In this document: positions 9,834 to 19,466 of the stretch, in pieces
Layout: the number at the start of each line of letters is the position of its first letter
How positions within the stretch are numbered: position 1 is the stretch's first letter
Origin: an uncultured Chloroflexia bacterium
GTDB lineage: Bacteria; Chloroflexota; Limnocylindria; QHBO01
Assembly (NCBI GenBank): GCA_963699235.1
Contig: OY969424.1
Coordinates: forward strand, 20,311 to 84,310
DNA: 64,000 nucleotides
Direction of reading: 5' to 3'
Notes under the pieces: model-generated
The model's database searches: none
What the model was told of the DNA's origin: nothing
The model's input: only the letters and a program-made list of their open reading frames with translations
Position numbers and translations under genes: made by a program

Positions 9834-10781
9834 TCAGGCGTCGCTCGTGGTCGCGGCTGGAGCTGCCAGGTCCTTGACGCCGGCCGCGGCGGCGTGGTCC
9901 TCGGCTCGCGGCTGCTCATCCACGATCGGGTTCTCGAGGGCGCCGATGCCGGCGATCTGGCATCCCATGACGTCGCCCGCGACCAGGTAGCTCGGTGGCT
10001 GGTGGTAGTGGCCGACGCCGGCCGGGGTGCCGGTCGAGATGAGGTCGCCCGGCTCGAGCACGATCGAGCGCGAGATGAACGCGATGAGGGTCGAGACGTC
10101 CCAGATCATGTCCGCCGTGCTCGACTCCTGCCAGGTCTCGCCGTTGACCCAGGAGCGGATGGCGAGGTTGGCGGGATCGCCGATCTCGTCGCGGGTCACC
10201 ACCGCCGGCCCGAGCGGCGCGAAGCCGTCGGAGCCCTTGGCCCGGAGCCACTGCTTGTCCTCGCGTTGGAGGTCGCGGGCGGTGACGTCGTTGAGGATCG
10301 TGAACCCGAAGACGTGGTCCATCGCTCGCCCGACGGAGACCTGTGACGCGCGCCAGCCGATGACCACCGCCAGCTCGCATTCGAGGTCGAGCATCTCGGT
10401 CGTCCGCGGTCGCACGACGGGGATCCCCGGATCGGTGATGGCGTTGGGGAACTTGGCGAACAGCATCGGGTAGTCGGGGACCGCCACCCCCTGCTCGCGG
10501 CAGTGGTCGTGGTAGTTGAGCCCGACGCAGATGATCTTGCCCGGGCGGGCGAGCGGCGCCAGGAGCCGGATGTCGGCCATCGGGATGAGGGGCTGCCCCT
10601 CGTACGCCGCCTCGGCTTCGGCATCGGTCAGCATCGCGACCGGGTCCGCGCCGGCGAGGACGGTGCCCAGGTCGGCACCGAGGAGATCGGTGAGGTCGAG
10701 GATCCCGTCCTCTTTCTCGATGCCCAGCCGGCGACCCGGTGGGCCATCGGCCTGTGCGGACGTGAAGGCGACGAGGCGCAT
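9834..10781 (-). CDS. Fumarylacetoacetate hydrolase family protein
   Basis: KIICVGLNY, DLECEL, NDVTARDLQ, KGSDGFAPLGP, STGTPAGVG. Confidence 0.92.
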   Translation of the reverse strand: MRLVAFTSAQADGPPGRRLGIEKEDGILDLTDLLGADLGTVLAGADPVAMLTDAEAEAAYEGQPLIPMADIRLLAPLARPGKIICVGLNYHDHCREQGVAVPDYPMLFAKFPNAITDPGIPVVRPRTTEMLDLECELAVVIGWRASQVSVGRAMDHVFGFTILNDVTARDLQREDKQWLRAKGSDGFAPLGPAVVTRDEIGDPANLAIRSWVNGETWQESSTADMIWDVSTLIAFISRSIVLEPGDLISTGTPAGVGHYHQPPSYLVAGDVMGCQIAGIGALENPIVDEQPRAEDHAAAAGVKDLAAPAATTSDA

Positions 10782-10784
10782 CGG

Positions 10785-11210
10785 TCAGTCCTCCGTGAAC
10801 CAGGCACGCGCGGCACGGCGCGTGAGGGCAACGATCAGCAGGGCGCTGATGGCGAGCCCGACGGGAACCATGAGCGTCGTCCAGCCAGCCGCCGCGACCG
10901 GCGGCATGGCGAGGAGCAGGGGGATCAGCCCGGCCAGGATGGGGATCGGCAGGAGCGAGATCCCGATCGCGAAGCCGAAGCCGGCGCGCTTGTGCTGGAG
11001 CACCAGGGTCAGGCCGAAGAACACGACTGCCAGCTCAGCCATCATCAGGATGCCAATGAGCGAGAAGGGGGCGCGCTCGCTGAAGTCAACGAACGCGATG
11101 ATGCGCGGCAGGAGCAGGCCGGTCACGCCGAGCAGGACGGCGACCCACGCGAACCAGGCCACGATTCCAAGGGCCGGTCGTGGGCGGGCGACCGGGGTTG
11201 CGGGCTCCAT
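10785..11210 (-). CDS. Hypothetical membrane protein (about 4 TM)
   Basis: Hydrophobic ORF with TACGAT box 7 nt upstream. Confidence 0.65.
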   Translation of the reverse strand: MEPATPVARPRPALGIVAWFAWVAVLLGVTGLLLPRIIAFVDFSERAPFSLIGILMMAELAVVFFGLTLVLQHKRAGFGFAIGISLLPIPILAGLIPLLLAMPPVAAAGWTTLMVPVGLAISALLIVALTRRAARAWFTED

Positions 11211-11253
11211 GGCGGGAATCGTAGCAAGGGGTCGTCAACTACCATGCGGCGTC

Positions 11254-11907
11254 ATGCCGGCCCGCCTCGCCCCTGGTCCGCTGCGCCGTGCGCTGCTGCC
11301 GATCGTGGTGCTCGTCGCCACCACGGCCTGCATTCCGCTGCCGACCGAGTCGGGCACCCCGACCCCGATCCCGACCGCCACCCCGCAGCCGACGCCCGAG
11401 CCCTCCCTCGAGCCGAGCGAGACGCCTGAACCGACACCGGAGCCGTACTCCCTGACGGAGCCGGAGGTGACCGATCCGCGCCAGGTCGCCGTCACGGTCG
11501 CGCCAAACCTGCCGACCGATGGGTCGGGCCGGATCGTGGTCAGCGTCACCAGCCTGGCCAGCACCCGGATCCAGGAGCTGGTCGTTCGCTGGTCCACCGA
11601 GCTGGACGAGCACCTGTTCCTGGCGCCCTTCGTGCCGGGCAACGACCGAACCTGCGACGGCTGCCCACCGCTCATTCAGCCGTGGACGAAATGGGTCGTC
11701 GGCCCCGGGGCACGCGGGGAGCCGGCCGGCACCACGTCCCTCGGCTACGGGCCGCTCTTGCCCGCCCCGGCCCGGCTCGACATCCAGCTCATCGCCAACC
11801 GACGGATCAGCGGGCCGGTCTCGTTCGACCTCCAGGTCCTGTCCGGCGAGCAGATCCTGACCCTCGAGGACGGGACCCAGGCTTGGCTGCGGGTCTCGGT
11901 CCCGTGA
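11254..11907 (+). CDS. Hypothetical lipoprotein with Pro/Thr/Glu-rich linker
   Basis: Signal peptide ending ATTAC, then PTPIPTATPQPTPEP; TACCAT box upstream. Confidence 0.65.
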   Translation: MPARLAPGPLRRALLPIVVLVATTACIPLPTESGTPTPIPTATPQPTPEPSLEPSETPEPTPEPYSLTEPEVTDPRQVAVTVAPNLPTDGSGRIVVSVTSLASTRIQELVVRWSTELDEHLFLAPFVPGNDRTCDGCPPLIQPWTKWVVGPGARGEPAGTTSLGYGPLLPAPARLDIQLIANRRISGPVSFDLQVLSGEQILTLEDGTQAWLRVSVP

Positions 11908-11920
11908 GCAGCTCCGACCG

Positions 11921-12622
11921 ATGATGCGCGGCATCCTGCCGGCATGGACCGAACCGGACCCGGCCCTCTACCGCCAGCTGGGCGAGATGGTCGACCCCGG
12001 CCGGAAGGTCCTGGCTGGGCTCGAGCGGATCGTGCCGCTGTCCGGCAAGCGCATCGCGGACGTGGGCACCGGCATCGGTCATTACCCAATGCTCCTCGCT
12101 CGCCGGACGGCGCGGACCTACGGCATCGAGTCCGATCCGGCGCTCCTGGGCGAAGCCCGGCTGCGGGCCAGCGCCGCCCACCAGCCGAACATCCGAATGG
12201 TCGAGGGCGAGCCGACCGCGCTGCCGCTTCGCGACGGGGCGGTGGACATCGTCCTCCACGGCCTGATCGAGGCCGAGGACGCATGGCTGCCGGCCATCGC
12301 CGAGGCGCTCCGCGTCATCCGGCCCGGCGGCCGGCTGGTGGTCATCGGCTACTACGGCCGCGACGACGTGGCGCCCCTGATGGAGCCGGAGGTCGTGGCC
12401 GAGGCCAGCCGCGCCACCCAGCGACGCTCGGGCTGGTGGCTGCGCCACGGGTTCAAGATCAAGGTCGTCCACGCCCGGCTCGACCTGCGCGACGACGAGG
12501 CCGCGCATGCCATCCTCCCCCGCCTCTACGGGGACCGGGCGCGGGCCTTCCTGATGAGCGCCCACCCACCCATGCCGGAGCTCAAGCTGGGGCTCTACCA
12601 CCTGGCCAAGGCGCCTGTCTGA
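11921..12622 (+). CDS. Class I SAM-dependent methyltransferase
   Basis: IADVGTGIG motif I, LPLRDGAVDIV, LRVIRPGGRL. Confidence 0.85.
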   Translation: MMRGILPAWTEPDPALYRQLGEMVDPGRKVLAGLERIVPLSGKRIADVGTGIGHYPMLLARRTARTYGIESDPALLGEARLRASAAHQPNIRMVEGEPTALPLRDGAVDIVLHGLIEAEDAWLPAIAEALRVIRPGGRLVVIGYYGRDDVAPLMEPEVVAEASRATQRRSGWWLRHGFKIKVVHARLDLRDDEAAHAILPRLYGDRARAFLMSAHPPMPELKLGLYHLAKAPV

Positions 12623-12665
12623 AACGGGTTCCCAGGCCGCAGGCTGGGGGCTATCATCCGCCGTT

Positions 12666-12704
12666 GGGAGGCCAGGTTCTTCTCCCCCCGGAGCCTGGCC
12701 TCCC
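12666..12704. terminator. 14-bp GC-rich inverted repeat (possible terminator or RNA hairpin)
   Basis: GGGAGGCCAGGTTC-N11-GAGCCTGGCCTCCC, one G-U pair, intergenic; no U-tract. Confidence 0.4.
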
Positions 12705-12778
12705 GCTGTGCCCGGATTTCGCCGACGCGGTGCGATAATCGACCGGAGCCTTGCCGCCCATCGCAGGAGAGCTGATTC

Positions 12779-14374
12779 GTGACGGCCACCACGCCCAAGA
12801 TGAAGATCACCTACGCGACCCTGAGCGCGGACAACCCCGAGCTGCAGGAGTCCTTCGACCGGGCCGTCGAGTGGGCCCGCGGCGAGCTGGGCAAGACGTA
12901 TCCCATGCTCATCGGGTCGGAGCTGCGGACCTCGGACGACACCTTCGAGCATCGGTCGCCGATCGACACCGACCTCGTCGTCAGCCGCTTCCCGATCGGC
13001 ACCGGCCAGGACGTCCGTGACGCCGTGGACGCCGCTCGTGCCGCCTTCCCGGCCTGGCGCGACCTGGGCTGGCGGAAGCGCCTCGAGCTCATCCGCCGCG
13101 CGGCGGACCTCATCAGCGAGCGCCAGTTCGAGTACGCCGCGCTCATGACCTTCGAGGTCGGCAAGAACCGGCTCGAGTCCCTGGGCGACGTGGAGGAGAC
13201 GGCGGACCTCCTGCGCTACTACGGGCAGCAGATGGAAGACCACGACGGGTTCGTCAAGCCGATGGGCTCGCTGTCGCCGGCGGAGCACACGCGATCGATC
13301 CTCAAGCCCCACGGCGTGTGGGCGGTCATCAGCCCGTTCAACTTCCCGATGGCCCTCGCCGGAGGCCCCGCGGCGGGAGCGCTGGTCGCCGGCAACACGG
13401 TCGTCATGAAGCCCTCGTCCGACGCCCCGCTGATGGGCTGGAAGTTCGTGGAGGTCCTCCGCGAGGTGGGTATCCCCGACGGGGTGGTGAACTTCGTGAC
13501 CGGCCCCGGCGACACGGTCGGCGCCGAGCTGGAGGACAACCCCGGCATCGACGGGATGGTCTTCACCGGGTCGTACGAGGTGGGGATGCGGCTGTACCGC
13601 AGCTTCACGCGGGACTACCCGCGACCGATCATCACCGAGATGGGCGGCAAGAACCCGGCCATCGTGATGGCCAGCGCGGACCTCGACGAGGCCGCCGAGG
13701 GCGTGGCCCGCTCCTCGTTCGGGTTCGACGGCCAGAAGTGCAGCGCCAACTCGCGGGTGTACGTCCACCGCAGCGTGGCGGCCGACTTCGTCGAGCGGCT
13801 CGGCGAGCGGGCGCGCGCCATCCAGGTCGGTGACCCCACCAAGCGCGAGAACTGGATGGGCCCGGTCATCAACGAACGCTCGCTCCGCAAGTTCACCGAC
13901 GCCGTGGCCGAGGCGCGTCGCGACGGCGGCACGATCGTGGCCGGCGGCGAGGTCCTCGACAGCGGCGACGAGGCACGCGGCTACTTCCCGACCCCCACCG
14001 TGGTGAGCGGCCTGCCGGCCACCCATCGCCTGTTCCGCGACGAGCTGTTCGTCCCGTTCGTGGTCGTGGCCGAGGTGGACTCCCTGGACGAGGCGCTCCA
14101 CCTGGCGAACGACACCGCCTACGGCCTGACGGCAGGCATCTTCACCCGTGATCGGGCCGAGATCGAGACGTTCCTGTCCACCATCCAGGCCGGCGTCACG
14201 TACGTGAACCGGCGGAGCGGGGCGACCACCGGGGCGTGGCCCGGGATCCAGTCGTTCGGCGGCTGGAAGGGCTCCGGCTCGTCGGGCAAGAGCGGCCTGG
14301 GCCCGTACTACGTCATGCAGTTCATGCGCGAGCAGTCGCAGACGGTGATGGGCGAGGAGCCGCCCCCCGCGTGA
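12779..14374 (+). CDS. Aldehyde dehydrogenase, RocA/P5C-dehydrogenase-like
   Basis: ISPFNFP, KPSS, FTGS, EMGGKNP, GQKCSA, ELFVP, FGGWKGSG; long N-terminal arm. Confidence 0.85.
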   Translation: MTATTPKMKITYATLSADNPELQESFDRAVEWARGELGKTYPMLIGSELRTSDDTFEHRSPIDTDLVVSRFPIGTGQDVRDAVDAARAAFPAWRDLGWRKRLELIRRAADLISERQFEYAALMTFEVGKNRLESLGDVEETADLLRYYGQQMEDHDGFVKPMGSLSPAEHTRSILKPHGVWAVISPFNFPMALAGGPAAGALVAGNTVVMKPSSDAPLMGWKFVEVLREVGIPDGVVNFVTGPGDTVGAELEDNPGIDGMVFTGSYEVGMRLYRSFTRDYPRPIITEMGGKNPAIVMASADLDEAAEGVARSSFGFDGQKCSANSRVYVHRSVAADFVERLGERARAIQVGDPTKRENWMGPVINERSLRKFTDAVAEARRDGGTIVAGGEVLDSGDEARGYFPTPTVVSGLPATHRLFRDELFVPFVVVAEVDSLDEALHLANDTAYGLTAGIFTRDRAEIETFLSTIQAGVTYVNRRSGATTGAWPGIQSFGGWKGSGSSGKSGLGPYYVMQFMREQSQTVMGEEPPPA

Positions 14375-14802
14375 CCGGCTCGCGCCGCTCCCCGGCGGTC
14401 GAGGCCGATCCGGCCGCAACCAAGGTCGTCAGCAGCGGCTGGTTCGCGGTCGAGCTGCGCTACGCCTACCTGGTGGACGAGGGCGAAACGACGACGGACC
14501 CGTACCTGGTCGAGGACCGGGTGGTGCTGGTCGATGGTGACGACGAGGAGACGGCGATGGGCCACGCGGTCGAGCTGGCGACCGAGTACGAGGACGACTT
14601 CGAGACCGATGACGGCCGCCCGGGCACCATCCGCTTCGACGGCATCGTGGCCATCAAGGAGCTGGACGACCCGCCGGCCACCGGCACCGAGGTCTGGCAC
14701 GAGTTCATGTCGCCGTCCGGGGTCCGGACCGATGCCTCCGGCGAGCCGCTGCCCCCGGTCTGGCCGGCCGAGATGGCCTTCCCCCGCGCCCACGACACCT
14801 GA
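14371..14802 (+). CDS. Small acidic protein, DUF4288-like
   Basis: WFAVELRY...EDRVVLV...E.AM pattern; GTGA overlap with the ALDH stop. Confidence 0.55.
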   Translation: MTGSRRSPAVEADPAATKVVSSGWFAVELRYAYLVDEGETTTDPYLVEDRVVLVDGDDEETAMGHAVELATEYEDDFETDDGRPGTIRFDGIVAIKELDDPPATGTEVWHEFMSPSGVRTDASGEPLPPVWPAEMAFPRAHDT

Positions 14803-14824
14803 CCGATCTCCCTGACCCGGACCG

Positions 14825-15883
14825 ATGGGCTGGCAGCGCGACCTCTACGAGGGGCTCCGACCGCTCTTCTTCATGGCTGACGCGGAGTCCATCCATCGCT
14901 GGACCCTCACCGGGGTCCGCAAGGTGGCGGAGGGCTCGTACGGTCGAGCCTTCCTGAACCACCTCGCCGCCGACGGCCGCGCCGGGACCTGGTCCGCGCG
15001 CCCGGTGGAGCACATGGGCCTTCGCTTCCGCAACCCGGTTGGCCTGGCGGCCGGGTTCGACAAGGACGGTGAGGCACTCCCCGGCTGGGGCGCTCTGGGC
15101 TACGGGTTCGCGGAGGTGGGCACGGTCACGCCACAGTCCCAGCCCGGCAACCCGCGACCGCGCGTCTGGCGCCTGCCCGATGACGGCGCCCTCGTGAACC
15201 GGATGGGCTTCAACAACCTCGGATCCGCCGCGCTGGCCGATCGCGTCGCCCGGGCGCGTCCGTTTCTCCCGCCGGACTTCGTGGTGGGCGTATCCATCGG
15301 TCGCGGGGTCACGACCGATGACGGCGCGGCGGAGGCGGACTACCTGGCCGCCGCGGCCACGGTGGCCCCGGTCGCGGACTACCTGGCGGTCAACGTCAGC
15401 TCCCCGAACACCGCGGGCCTGGCCGCCCTCGAGGAGCCGGAGCGACTGGCGGCGCTGGTCGTCGCCCTCGACAGGGTGGAGCCGCGGCGGCCGATCGTCG
15501 TGAAGCTGTCGCCGGACCAGCCCGCGGATCGGCTCCGCCAGCTGGTGGATGCCCTGGGCTCGTCACCCGCGGCGGGGCTGATCGTGTCCAACACCTCCCG
15601 CTCCCGGGACGGGCTCCGCACCCCGCTGCCGCTCGGGGCGGACCAGGGCGGGCTCTCCGGCCGCCCGCTCCTGAACGGCATGCTGGCGGCCGTCGGTGCG
15701 GTGAGGGGTCAGGCGGACGAGCGGTTCACGATCATCGCGTCGGGCGGCATCTTCTCCGGCGAGGACGCCCGACGGGCGCGCGATGCCGGGGCCGATCTCG
15801 TCCAGCTGTGGACCGGGATGGTCTATGCCGGGCCCGGCTTGATCGGGGAGGTGGTCGAGGCGCTAACATCTGCGGCAATCTAG
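14825..15883 (+). CDS. pyrD: Quinone-dependent dihydroorotate dehydrogenase (class 2)
   Basis: NPVGLAAGFDK, GTVT, GNPRPR, NRMGFNN, VNVSSPNT, VKLSPD, GGLSG. Confidence 0.95.
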   Translation: MGWQRDLYEGLRPLFFMADAESIHRWTLTGVRKVAEGSYGRAFLNHLAADGRAGTWSARPVEHMGLRFRNPVGLAAGFDKDGEALPGWGALGYGFAEVGTVTPQSQPGNPRPRVWRLPDDGALVNRMGFNNLGSAALADRVARARPFLPPDFVVGVSIGRGVTTDDGAAEADYLAAAATVAPVADYLAVNVSSPNTAGLAALEEPERLAALVVALDRVEPRRPIVVKLSPDQPADRLRQLVDALGSSPAAGLIVSNTSRSRDGLRTPLPLGADQGGLSGRPLLNGMLAAVGAVRGQADERFTIIASGGIFSGEDARRARDAGADLVQLWTGMVYAGPGLIGEVVEALTSAAI

Positions 15884-15928
15884 CCAGGGGCGCGGGCAGG
15901 ACGCGCCGCTTCGATCAGGTATCCGCAC

Positions 15929-17302
15929 ATGACCGTTCGGGCCTTTCGTCAAGCGGCCGACCAAGCGCCGGCTGCCCCTCATCTCGTCACGGAGCTGCCC
16001 GGGCCGCGTGCCCGCGACATCATTGCCCGTGACCAGGCCGTCACCAGCCCCTCGCTGACCCGCGCGTACCCTCTCGTCGCCGAGTCGGGCAGCGGCTACG
16101 TCGTGACCGACGTGGACGGCAACCGCTTCCTCGACTTCGCGGCCGGCATCGCGGTCGCCCTCACCGGCCATTCGCACCCGGCGGTCAGCGCCGCCATCAG
16201 CGAGCAGTCGGAAAAGCTCATCCACATCGCGGCCACCGACTACTACGAGCCCCGCTACCTCGAGTTGTCGGAGCGGCTGGCGGGCCTGGCCCCGTTCGAG
16301 GAGCAGGCCCGGGTCTTCCTCACCAACTCCGGAACGGAGGCGGTGGAAGGGGCCATCAAGCTCGCCCGCCACCATACCGGGCGCCCCGCAATCATCGCCT
16401 TCGAGGGCGCGTTCCATGGCCGGACCATGGGCTCGCTGTCCCTGACCAACTCGAAGATCAAGCAGCGCGCCGGCTTCGGGCCGCTCCTGCCGATGGTCTA
16501 CCACGCCCCGTTCCCCCGGGTCCGCTCCTGGAAGGAGGGATCGGGTGGCGACGGCACGGCCGAGCTGGAGCACCTCCGGTCCACGATCCTGGGCCGGCTG
16601 GTTTCGCCGCAGGACGTGGCGGCCATCGTGTTCGAGCCGATCCAGGGCGAGGGCGGCTACTTCCCGGCCCCCGAGGCGTTCGTCCGCGGCCTGCGCGAGA
16701 TCTGCGACGAGCACGGCATCGTCCTCATCGCGGACGAGATCCAGTCGGGCATGGGCCGGACCGGACGGATGTGGGCCATGGACTGGTATGGCGTGGAGCC
16801 GGACGTGGCGACCATTGCGAAGGGCATCGCGTCGGGCATGCCGCTCGGTGCGTTCATCGGCCGCGAGAGGCTGTTCACCTGGCCGGCCGGCGCCCACGGC
16901 AGCACGTTCGCCGGCAACCCGGTGTGCTGTGCCGCGTCGCTGGCCACCCTCGACCTGCTCGAGGACGGGCTGATCCAAAACGCGGAGGCCATGGGCCAGC
17001 GGCTGCGCGAGGGCGTCGAATACGCGTCGGAGGAGTGCGGCGTGGTCCGCGACATCCGGGGCCAGGGGCTCATGCTCGGCGTCGAGTTCGCCTCTCACGA
17101 CGAGTCGAACGCGGTCGAGCTGGCGTGCTTCGAGCGCGGCCTGCTCGTGCTCGAGTGCGGCGAGGCCTCGATCCGCTTCTGCCCGCCGCTCATCGTGGAC
17201 GAGGAGGCGGTGGACACCGCCATTCGGATCTTCGCCGAGGCGCTTGCATCGGTCGGCTGTCCCATTCGCCCGCGACCGGGGATGCACGAGACCGGAGGCT
17301 GA
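15929..17302 (+). CDS. Class III PLP aminotransferase (GABA/acetylornithine-type)
   Basis: DFAAGIA, NSGTEAVEGAIK, FHGRT, EPIQGEGG, DEIQSGMGRTG, AKGIASG. Confidence 0.92.
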   Translation: MTVRAFRQAADQAPAAPHLVTELPGPRARDIIARDQAVTSPSLTRAYPLVAESGSGYVVTDVDGNRFLDFAAGIAVALTGHSHPAVSAAISEQSEKLIHIAATDYYEPRYLELSERLAGLAPFEEQARVFLTNSGTEAVEGAIKLARHHTGRPAIIAFEGAFHGRTMGSLSLTNSKIKQRAGFGPLLPMVYHAPFPRVRSWKEGSGGDGTAELEHLRSTILGRLVSPQDVAAIVFEPIQGEGGYFPAPEAFVRGLREICDEHGIVLIADEIQSGMGRTGRMWAMDWYGVEPDVATIAKGIASGMPLGAFIGRERLFTWPAGAHGSTFAGNPVCCAASLATLDLLEDGLIQNAEAMGQRLREGVEYASEECGVVRDIRGQGLMLGVEFASHDESNAVELACFERGLLVLECGEASIRFCPPLIVDEEAVDTAIRIFAEALASVGCPIRPRPGMHETGG

Positions 17303-17305
17303 GCC

Positions 17306-18217
17306 ACGGCCGGCAAGGTCGTTTCGCTGGCGGAGGCGGTCGCCGCCCACGTCCATGACGGTGACCTGGTCGCGATCGAAGGGTTCACCCACCTCATCTC
17401 GTTCGCGGCCGGCCACGAGATCATTCGCCAGGGTCGGCGTGACCTGACCCTGGCCCGGTTGACGCCGGACCTGGTCTACGACCAGATGGTCGCCGCCGGC
17501 TGCGCCCGGAAGCTCGTCTTCTCGTGGCTGGGCAACCCCGGCGTCGGGTCGCTTCACGCCATCCGCCGGGCGGTCGAGGACGGCAACCTCGAGATCGAGG
17601 AGTACAGCCACTTCGGGATGGTGGGCCGATACGTGGCGGGGGCGGCGCACCTCCCCTTCTACCCGCTCCGCTCGTACGCCGGCTCGGACCTGCCCGCCGC
17701 CAACCCGCTCATCCAGTGGGTCGCCTCGCCGTACCGCCCGGAGGACGAGGTCGCGGTCGTGCCGCCGCTCAACCCCAACGTCACGATCATCCACGCCCAG
17801 CGGGCCGACGCCGAGGGCAACACCCAGGTCTGGGGCCTGGTCGGGGTCCAGCGCGAGGCGGCATTGGCCGCCGAGCGCGTGATCGTGGTCGTCGAGGAGC
17901 TGGTGGACGGCGACGTGATCCGCTCCGACCCGGACCGGACGCTGCTCCCCGGGGTGGCGGTCACGGCCGTCTGCGTCGAGCCGTACGGGGCGCACCCGTC
18001 GTTTGCCCAGGGCTACTACGACCGCGACAACGCCTTCTACCGCGAGTGGGACCCGATCAGCCGCGACCCGGCCCGACTGGACGCGTGGCTGGACGAGTGG
18101 GTCCGTGGCGTCCCGGACCGGGCGGGTTACCTCGCCAAGCTCGACCACGAGACGCTCGACGCCCTGAAGCCCGGCCCCCGACCGTCCGGCTCGGTCGACT
18201 ACGGCGAGTACCGATGA
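17306..18217 (+). CDS. CoA-transferase subunit A (glutaconate CoA-transferase GctA-like); non-canonical start proposed
   Basis: KVVSLAEAV..V.DGD.VAIEGFTHLI lies upstream of the first TTG (17459); ACG at 17306 is 7 nt after GGAGG; HAQRADAEGN, GAHPS. Confidence 0.8.
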   Translation, partial: TAGKVVSLAEAVAAHVHDGDLVAIEGFTHLISFAAGHEIIRQGRRDLTLARLTPDLVYDQMVAAGCARKLVFSWLGNPGVGSLHAIRRAVEDGNLEIEEYSHFGMVGRYVAGAAHLPFYPLRSYAGSDLPAANPLIQWVASPYRPEDEVAVVPPLNPNVTIIHAQRADAEGNTQVWGLVGVQREAALAAERVIVVVEELVDGDVIRSDPDRTLLPGVAVTAVCVEPYGAHPSFAQGYYDRDNAFYREWDPISRDPARLDAWLDEWVRGVPDRAGYLAKLDHETLDALKPGPRPSGSVDYGEYR

Positions 18218-18912
18218 GCGCGGCGGCCGCGACACCGGATGAGCTGATGATCGCGGCCGCGGCCGCGGAGCTGGTGGGGGTCCGCACCGTCTTCGTGGGC
18301 ATCGGCCTGCCCAACGCCGCCGCCAATCTCGCCCGCCAGACGGTGGCGCCGGACCTCGAGCTGATCTACGAATCGGGCGTCATCGGCTCCCGGCCAACGA
18401 GGCTCCCGGACAGCATCGGCGATCCCGCCCTCGTCTCCGGCGCGACGGCGACGATGTCGATGCACGACCTGTTCGCCTACTTCCTGCAGGGCGGGCGGAT
18501 CGAGGTCGGGATGCTGGGCGCGGCCCAGATCGACCGCTGGGGCAACCTGAACACCACCGTCATCGGTCCCTATCAGCACCCGATCACCCGCCTGCCCGGA
18601 TCGGGCGGTGCGTGCGAGATCGCGCTGAATGCCGGCCGGGTGGTGATCGTCATGAACCAGTCGCCGAAGACCTTCGTCGAGCGCGTCGACTTCGTGACCT
18701 CGCCGGGCCACCGCCACCCCGATGGCTCGCCCCGACCGGGCTGGGCCGGTGCCGGCCCGACATCGGTCATCACCCAGCTGGCGACCTACCGCTTCGGAGC
18801 CGATGGCGAGATTGAGCTGGCCGCCCTCCACCAAGGCGTCTCGGACGCTGACGTGGATGCCGCCTCCGGCTGGCCGATTCGCCGCGCCGAGACGCGAGTT
18901 GGCGACGGGTGA
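18214..18912 (+). CDS. CoA-transferase subunit B (GctB-like)
   Basis: FVGIGLP, LIYESG, LGAAQIDRWGNLN, RLPGSGGA, VDFVTSPG. Confidence 0.88.
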   Translation: MSAAAATPDELMIAAAAAELVGVRTVFVGIGLPNAAANLARQTVAPDLELIYESGVIGSRPTRLPDSIGDPALVSGATATMSMHDLFAYFLQGGRIEVGMLGAAQIDRWGNLNTTVIGPYQHPITRLPGSGGACEIALNAGRVVIVMNQSPKTFVERVDFVTSPGHRHPDGSPRPGWAGAGPTSVITQLATYRFGADGEIELAALHQGVSDADVDAASGWPIRRAETRVGDG

Positions 18913-19466
18913 GTCTCGCGAGGATCGGCGTCTGCGCCGTCGTGCTCGTCCTCACCGCCTGCACTGCGCCCTCAAGCGAGGCTCCCTCGCCGAGCGGCAC
19001 GCCGTTCTCCGTCGGCGGCCAGGCGGCAGCCATCGGCTGCGGGGACGACATCGACCTCCGTGCCAGCGACGGCCGCGTGATCGACCTCACCGGGCTGTGG
19101 ACCGAACCCGATTTCTCGGATACGCCGCGGTGGAACATCCGCCAGGTCGGGGACTGCTTCTTCATGGTCTACCGCCCTCCACCGGGCCTCGAGGATCCCG
19201 AGTACTTCGACCAGCTCTGTGACGGACGCATCAGGATCGACTACACGATCACCGGACGCTGCATTGACTTCATTCACCGATCCGGTCCCGGGGTCATCAG
19301 CGGGCAGGCGGACCTCCAGCCGCAGATCTTCCGCATCCTCTTCGACGACGCGAACGAGGTCCAGCTCCAGCGGTGCCCGGCCAGCCTTGCGCCGGGCTCG
19401 TGCGAGGTGCCGATGATCCGCTTCGATCCCGAAAACGTGCCCGCCGAGAGCGCCTCGCCGAGCTAG
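18909..19466 (+). CDS. Lipoprotein, Cys-patterned paralog family (L1)
   Basis: Lipobox VLTAC; GC..IDL..SDG..IDLTGLW...IRQVGDC shared with six genes at 56.8-63.8 kb. Confidence 0.75.
   Translation: MSLARIGVCAVVLVLTACTAPSSEAPSPSGTPFSVGGQAAAIGCGDDIDLRASDGRVIDLTGLWTEPDFSDTPRWNIRQVGDCFFMVYRPPPGLEDPEYFDQLCDGRIRIDYTITGRCIDFIHRSGPGVISGQADLQPQIFRILFDDANEVQLQRCPASLAPGSCEVPMIRFDPENVPAESASPS

Noticed and set aside
11807-14419. 870-aa minus-strand ORF (and similar long ORFs 15863-18235, 28950-31307, 29422-32139, 39458-41041, 44118-46193)
   Set aside because: Antisense or alternate-frame shadows of well-supported genes; expected in ~70% GC DNA; no recognisable motifs
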